A stretch of 10,993 nt of DNA from a candidate division WOR-3 bacterium (GTDB lineage: Bacteria > Hydrothermota > Tepidihabitantia > Tepidihabitantales > Tepidihabitantaceae). Each line of letters begins with the position of its first letter. Positions within the stretch are counted from its first letter, which is position 1. Location of the stretch: assembly GCA_965648935.1 (NCBI GenBank), contig CBFGIY010000074.1, forward strand, positions 1 through 10,993. Direction: 5' to 3'. A program made the translations under genes and the position numbers. Under the pieces are notes generated by a model. That model saw nothing but the letters and a program-made list of their open reading frames with translations, was not told the origin of the DNA and ran no database searches. Shown here piece by piece: positions 7,255-10,993 of the stretch.

Positions 7255-8466
7255 GTGAGCGGATTTCGGGCCATCAGAGTCAGCGAGCACGTCTGGTGGG
7301 TCGGGGCGGTCGACTGGGCAATCGACGACTTCCACGGCTACGCGACCGACCGGGGCACGACCTACAACGCCTATCTGGTCACCGGCGAGAAGCCGACGCT
7401 CATCGATACGGTCAAGGCGCCGTTCATGGAAGAGATGATGGCGCGCATCGCGTCGGTCATGGACCCGTCAGGCATCAAGTACCTCGTCTCGAATCACTCG
7501 GAGCGCGACCATGCCGGGTGCGTGCTTGAGACGGTCTGCCGTATCAAGCCGGAGAAGGTCTTCGCCTCGATGATGGGCGTGAAGAACCTGCACGCCCAGT
7601 TCCACGACCAGACCGACATCACCGCGGTCAAGGACGGCGAGAAGCTGTCGCTCGGCAACCTCAGCCTGACGTTCCTGGAAACCCGGATGCTGCACTGGCC
7701 TGATTCGATGGTCTCCTACCTGCACGAGGACGGCGTGCTGTTCTCGCAGGACGCGTTCGGGATGCACCTGGCCACGGGCAAGCTGTTCGCGGACGAGAAC
7801 GACCCGGCGGTGCTGGAGTGGGAGGCGCGCAAGTACTATGCCAACATCCTGACGCTGTACTCCGGGCTGGTGACGAAGGCGGTCGAGCGCATCGGCGGCC
7901 TGGGCATACCGATCAACGTGCTCGCCCCGGACCACGGCCCGGTCTGGCGTCGGGAAGTGATGACGCCGGTCAACTGGTACGCGCGGTGGGCAGAGCAGAA
8001 GCCGGCCAACAAGGCGGTCGTTGTCTACGACACCATGTGGCAGAGCACCGAGCTGATGGCCCGCGCGATCACCGACGGCATCGCCGAGGGCGGCACTGAG
8101 GTCCGGCTGTTCTCGATGCACACCGCGCACCGCAGCGACGTGATGACCGAGCTTCTGGGCGCCGGCGCACTGGTCGCGGGCTCGCCGACCCTGAACAACG
8201 ACCTCTTCCCGACCATCGCCGACGTGCTTTCCTACGTCCGCGGCCTGAAGCCCAAGAACCTCATCGGGGCGGCCTTCGCTTCCTACGGCTGGAGCGGCGA
8301 GTCGGCCGGGCTGGTTGAGGAGTATCTGCGGCAGACCGGGGTCGAGCTTGTTGCGCCGGCGCTGAAGGTCAGGTTCAAGCCGACCGCCGAGGAACTGGTC
8401 AAGTGCCGCGAGCTTGGGCGGCTGGTGTCGGCGAGGCTGACCGAACGGGTCAGGGCGGCGGTTTGA
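7255..8466 (+). CDS. fprA: Flavodiiron protein (FprA, A-type flavoprotein; O2/NO reductase)
   Basis: FHGY...[25 protein letters not shown] and PDHG (metallo-beta-lactamase di-iron site), plus a flavodoxin domain ([22 protein letters not shown]). GTG 7255 lies behind AAGGA. Confidence 0.96.
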   Translation: MSGFRAIRVSEHVWWVGAVDWAIDDFHGYATDRGTTYNAYLVTGEKPTLIDTVKAPFMEEMMARIASVMDPSGIKYLVSNHSERDHAGCVLETVCRIKPEKVFASMMGVKNLHAQFHDQTDITAVKDGEKLSLGNLSLTFLETRMLHWPDSMVSYLHEDGVLFSQDAFGMHLATGKLFADENDPAVLEWEARKYYANILTLYSGLVTKAVERIGGLGIPINVLAPDHGPVWRREVMTPVNWYARWAEQKPANKAVVVYDTMWQSTELMARAITDGIAEGGTEVRLFSMHTAHRSDVMTELLGAGALVAGSPTLNNDLFPTIADVLSYVRGLKPKNLIGAAFASYGWSGESAGLVEEYLRQTGVELVAPALKVRFKPTAEELVKCRELGRLVSARLTERVRAAV

Positions 8467-9209
8467 TAATCCCTTACGGCCAGTCCTGCGAGGTCGACCC
8501 GAAGCGCATCGACCTGAAGGCCCTGATGGCGCTGACCTACGGGTTGTACGTGGTCACAGCGCGCCAGGGCGACAAGCGCAACGGGCTGCTGGTCAACACC
8601 GTGACCCAGGTCGCGCTGACGCCGTGCGAGGTGCTGGTCAGCGTGGGCAAGGCCAACCTGACTCACGACATGATCGCGGCCAGCGGGCGGTTCGGCGTGG
8701 CCGTGCTCGAGCGCGACACGCCCCTGACCTATCTCGGGCTGTTCGGTTTCAGAAGCGGCCGCGAGGTCGACAAGTTCGCGACCGCGGCCTATGTCGACGG
8801 CGTGACCGGCGTTCCCCTGCCGACCGAGCATACCCTGGTTACCATCGAGGCGCGGGTGCGGCTGGCAGTGGACTGCGGCTCGCACACAACCTTCATCGCC
8901 ACCGTGGTCGAGTCAAAGCGGCTGCGTGAGGGCGAGCCCCTGACCTATGCCTACTACCACGAGGTCAAGGGCGGCAAGACCGGCAAGAACTCGCCAACCT
9001 ACGCGGCGAGCAAGGCTGCAGAGCAAACGACGCGAAAGGAAACCCAGACCATGAAGAAGTACGTCTGCGCGGTGTGCGGCTACGTCTACGACCCGGCACA
9101 GGGCGACCCTGACTCCGGGGTCAAGCCGGGAACTCAGTTCGAGGACCTGCCGGCTGACTGGGTCTGCCCGGTCTGCGGCGCGGGCAAGGACCAGTTCGAG
9201 CCGGAGTAA
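8463..9209 (+). CDS. Flavin reductase-rubredoxin fusion (high-molecular-weight rubredoxin, Hrb-like)
   Basis: [44 protein letters not shown] and PLTYAYYH flavin-reductase domain, then a complete rubredoxin [15 protein letters not shown]...[14 protein letters not shown]. Start inferred at TTG 8463 (TTGA overlap with the fprA stop); start position is uncertain. Confidence 0.9.
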   Translation: MIIPYGQSCEVDPKRIDLKALMALTYGLYVVTARQGDKRNGLLVNTVTQVALTPCEVLVSVGKANLTHDMIAASGRFGVAVLERDTPLTYLGLFGFRSGREVDKFATAAYVDGVTGVPLPTEHTLVTIEARVRLAVDCGSHTTFIATVVESKRLREGEPLTYAYYHEVKGGKTGKNSPTYAASKAAEQTTRKETQTMKKYVCAVCGYVYDPAQGDPDSGVKPGTQFEDLPADWVCPVCGAGKDQFEPE

Positions 9210-9212
9210 CGA

Positions 9213-10466
9213 CTACTGCGCCTTGCGCGCAGTCAGCCGCCCGCGCACCAGCTCGGGCGGCTGCTCTTTTCGGATGGCCGCGGGCGTCACGATGACCTCG
9301 GTCACCTCGGCGAGCGAGGGCAGCTCGAACATGATGTCGAGCATCGCGTCCTCGATGATGGTGCGCAATGCCCGGGCCCCGGTCCGGCGCGCGGCGGCGA
9401 GCTCGGCCGCGGCCCGCAGCGCCTCGGGCTGGAACGAGAGCTTCACGCCCTCGAGCTCGAAGTAGTAGGAGTACTGCCGGACCAGCGCGTTGCGCGGTCG
9501 GGTCAGGATGTCGACCAGCGCGTCGGCCGACAAGCTGTGCAGGGTCGTGGTCACGGGCAGGCGGCCGACAAACTCGGGGATGAGCCCGTAGTGAACGAGG
9601 TCCTCGGGCGCGACCAGGGGCAACAGCTCGTCCAGTCCGCGCGGTGTGCCGGCAGCGAGGTCTGCGCCGAACCCGAGGGCCGAAGTGCGCACCCGGCGTT
9701 CGATGATGCGCTCCAGCCCGTCGAAGGTGCCGCCGCAGATGAAGAGGATGCCGCGCGTATCGAGCCGGATGTACTGCTGCTCGGGATGCTTGCGCCCGCC
9801 GGCCGGCGGCACGCTGGCGACCGTGCCTTCGAGAATCTTGAGCAGGGCCTGCTGGACCCCTTCGCCCGAAACGTCGCGGGTGATCGAGGGCGAGTCGGCG
9901 CGCCGGGCGATCTTGTCGACTTCGTCGAGGTAGACGATGCCAGTCTCGGCGCGGCGCGGGTCGAAGTCGGCGGCCTGGAGCAGGCGCAGGAGCACGTTTT
10001 CGACGTCCTCGCCGACATAGCCCGCCTCGGTCAGCGGTGTCGCGTCGGAAATCGAGAAGGGCACGTGCAGGAACCGGGCAAGGGTCTCGGCGATGAGCGT
10101 CTTGCCCACCCCGGTCGGGCCGATCATCAGTATGTTGCTCTTGCCCAGGTCGGGCGCGTCCTTGCGCGAGCGCACCCGTTTGTAGTGGTTGTACACCGCG
10201 ACCGAAACGACCTTCTTGGCCCGTTCCTGGCCGATGACATAGCCGTCGAGGAAGGCCTTGATTTCAGCCGGCTTGGGCAGTTCGGCGGGCAGGGTCTCGA
10301 CCGGCTCGGGCCGGGCCGCGTTGAACGCGCTGCCCGCGGCCCGGGCGCAGTTCTCGCAGATGGCCGAGCGGCGCGATATCACCAGCCGGCGCTCGGGCGA
10401 GCCGGGCGCGCCGCAGAACGAGCAGGACCTGGGCCTGGCCGGGGCGCGACGGGAGCCGTTCTTCAC
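9213..10466 (-). CDS. clpX: ATP-dependent Clp protease ATP-binding subunit ClpX
   Basis: C4 zinc-binding domain CSFC...CENC, Walker A GPTGVGKT, pore loop GYVG, Walker [21 protein letters not shown] loop, LGF ClpP-docking loop and GARAL. GTG start overlaps the clpP stop (GTGA). Confidence 0.98.
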   Translation of the reverse strand: MKNGSRRAPARPRSCSFCGAPGSPERRLVISRRSAICENCARAAGSAFNAARPEPVETLPAELPKPAEIKAFLDGYVIGQERAKKVVSVAVYNHYKRVRSRKDAPDLGKSNILMIGPTGVGKTLIAETLARFLHVPFSISDATPLTEAGYVGEDVENVLLRLLQAADFDPRRAETGIVYLDEVDKIARRADSPSITRDVSGEGVQQALLKILEGTVASVPPAGGRKHPEQQYIRLDTRGILFICGGTFDGLERIIERRVRTSALGFGADLAAGTPRGLDELLPLVAPEDLVHYGLIPEFVGRLPVTTTLHSLSADALVDILTRPRNALVRQYSYYFELEGVKLSFQPEALRAAAELAAARRTGARALRTIIEDAMLDIMFELPSLAEVTEVIVTPAAIRKEQPPELVRGRLTARKAQ

Positions 10467-10993
10467 TTGCGCTTCTCGATGACCTCGTCGATGAGGCCGT
10501 ACTCCTTCGCCTCGACCGCGGACATGAAGAAGTTGCGGTCCGAGTCCTGCATCACGCGGTCGACCGGCTGGCCGGTGTGGTCGGCGAGTATCTCGGTGAG
10601 CTGCTGCTTGAGCTTGATTATTTCGCGGGCGTGGATTTCGATGTCGGTGGCCTGGCCCGATATGCCGTAGGCCGAGGGCTGGTGAATCATCACGCGCGAG
10701 CGGGGCAGGGCAAAGCGCCGGCCCTTCTCGCCCGCGGCCAGCAGCAGCGCGGCGATGGACGCGGCCATCCCGACGCAGGTCGTCGAAACGCGCGCCTTGA
10801 TGTAGCGCATCGTGTCGTATATCGCCAGGCCGGCCGAAACCACGCCGCCGGGCGAGTTGATGTAGACGTTGATGTCCTTCGAGGAGTCCTCGGCCTCGAG
10901 GTAGAGAAGCTGGGCCACGACGAGGTTGGCGACGTTGTCGTCAATCGGCGAGCCGAGAAATATGATGCGCTCCTTGAGCAGGCGCGAGTAGAT
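10463..10993 (-). CDS. clpP: ATP-dependent Clp protease proteolytic subunit ClpP, 3' part (start beyond right edge)
   Basis: Frame is open to the window edge: [49 protein letters not shown] and EAKEYGLID. Confidence 0.97.
   Translation of the reverse strand: MYSRLLKERIIFLGSPIDDNVANLVVAQLLYLEAEDSSKDINVYINSPGGVVSAGLAIYDTMRYIKARVSTTCVGMAASIAALLLAAGEKGRRFALPRSRVMIHQPSAYGISGQATDIEIHAREIIKLKQQLTEILADHTGQPVDRVMQDSDRNFFMSAVEAKEYGLIDEVIEKRK

Noticed and set aside
4745..9209. Selenocysteine (in-frame TGA) recoding in the redox genes
   Set aside because: All expected Cys ligands are ordinary Cys codons. The one TGA stop (fprA) falls at the normal end of the protein.
9537..10670. 377-aa plus-strand ORF
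   Set aside because: It is an antisense shadow of clpX/clpP with no independent evidence.

Overview
High-GC bacterial chromosomal window, probably from an anaerobe, made of three blocks. (1) Minus strand, 1-3133: rmuC, then a ribosomal operon rpsP-khpA-trmD-rplS-rnhB(5' part). rimM is missing from its usual position, and rnhB is not in the ORF track. (2) Plus strand, 3304-9209: a tmRNA (ssrA, tag ANNSYALAA) with a clear sigma70-type promoter, a class B DnaJ/CbpA-like gene, and a seven-gene oxidative/nitrosative-stress and iron cluster. The cluster encodes rubrerythrin, thiol peroxidase Tpx, an unusual 11-Cys desulforedoxin/rubredoxin-like fusion, desulfoferrodoxin, ferritin, flavodiiron protein FprA and a flavin reductase-rubredoxin fusion (Hrb-like). 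(3) Minus strand, 9213-10993: clpP(3' part)-clpX, converging on block 2. No mobile element, CRISPR array or integrase was seen. The most notable items are the desulforedoxin/rubredoxin-like fusion, a probable internal start giving a free rubredoxin from the Hrb-like gene, a ClpP with Asn at the catalytic Asp position, and the rimM-less operon. All calls come from motif recognition by eye; no database searches were run.
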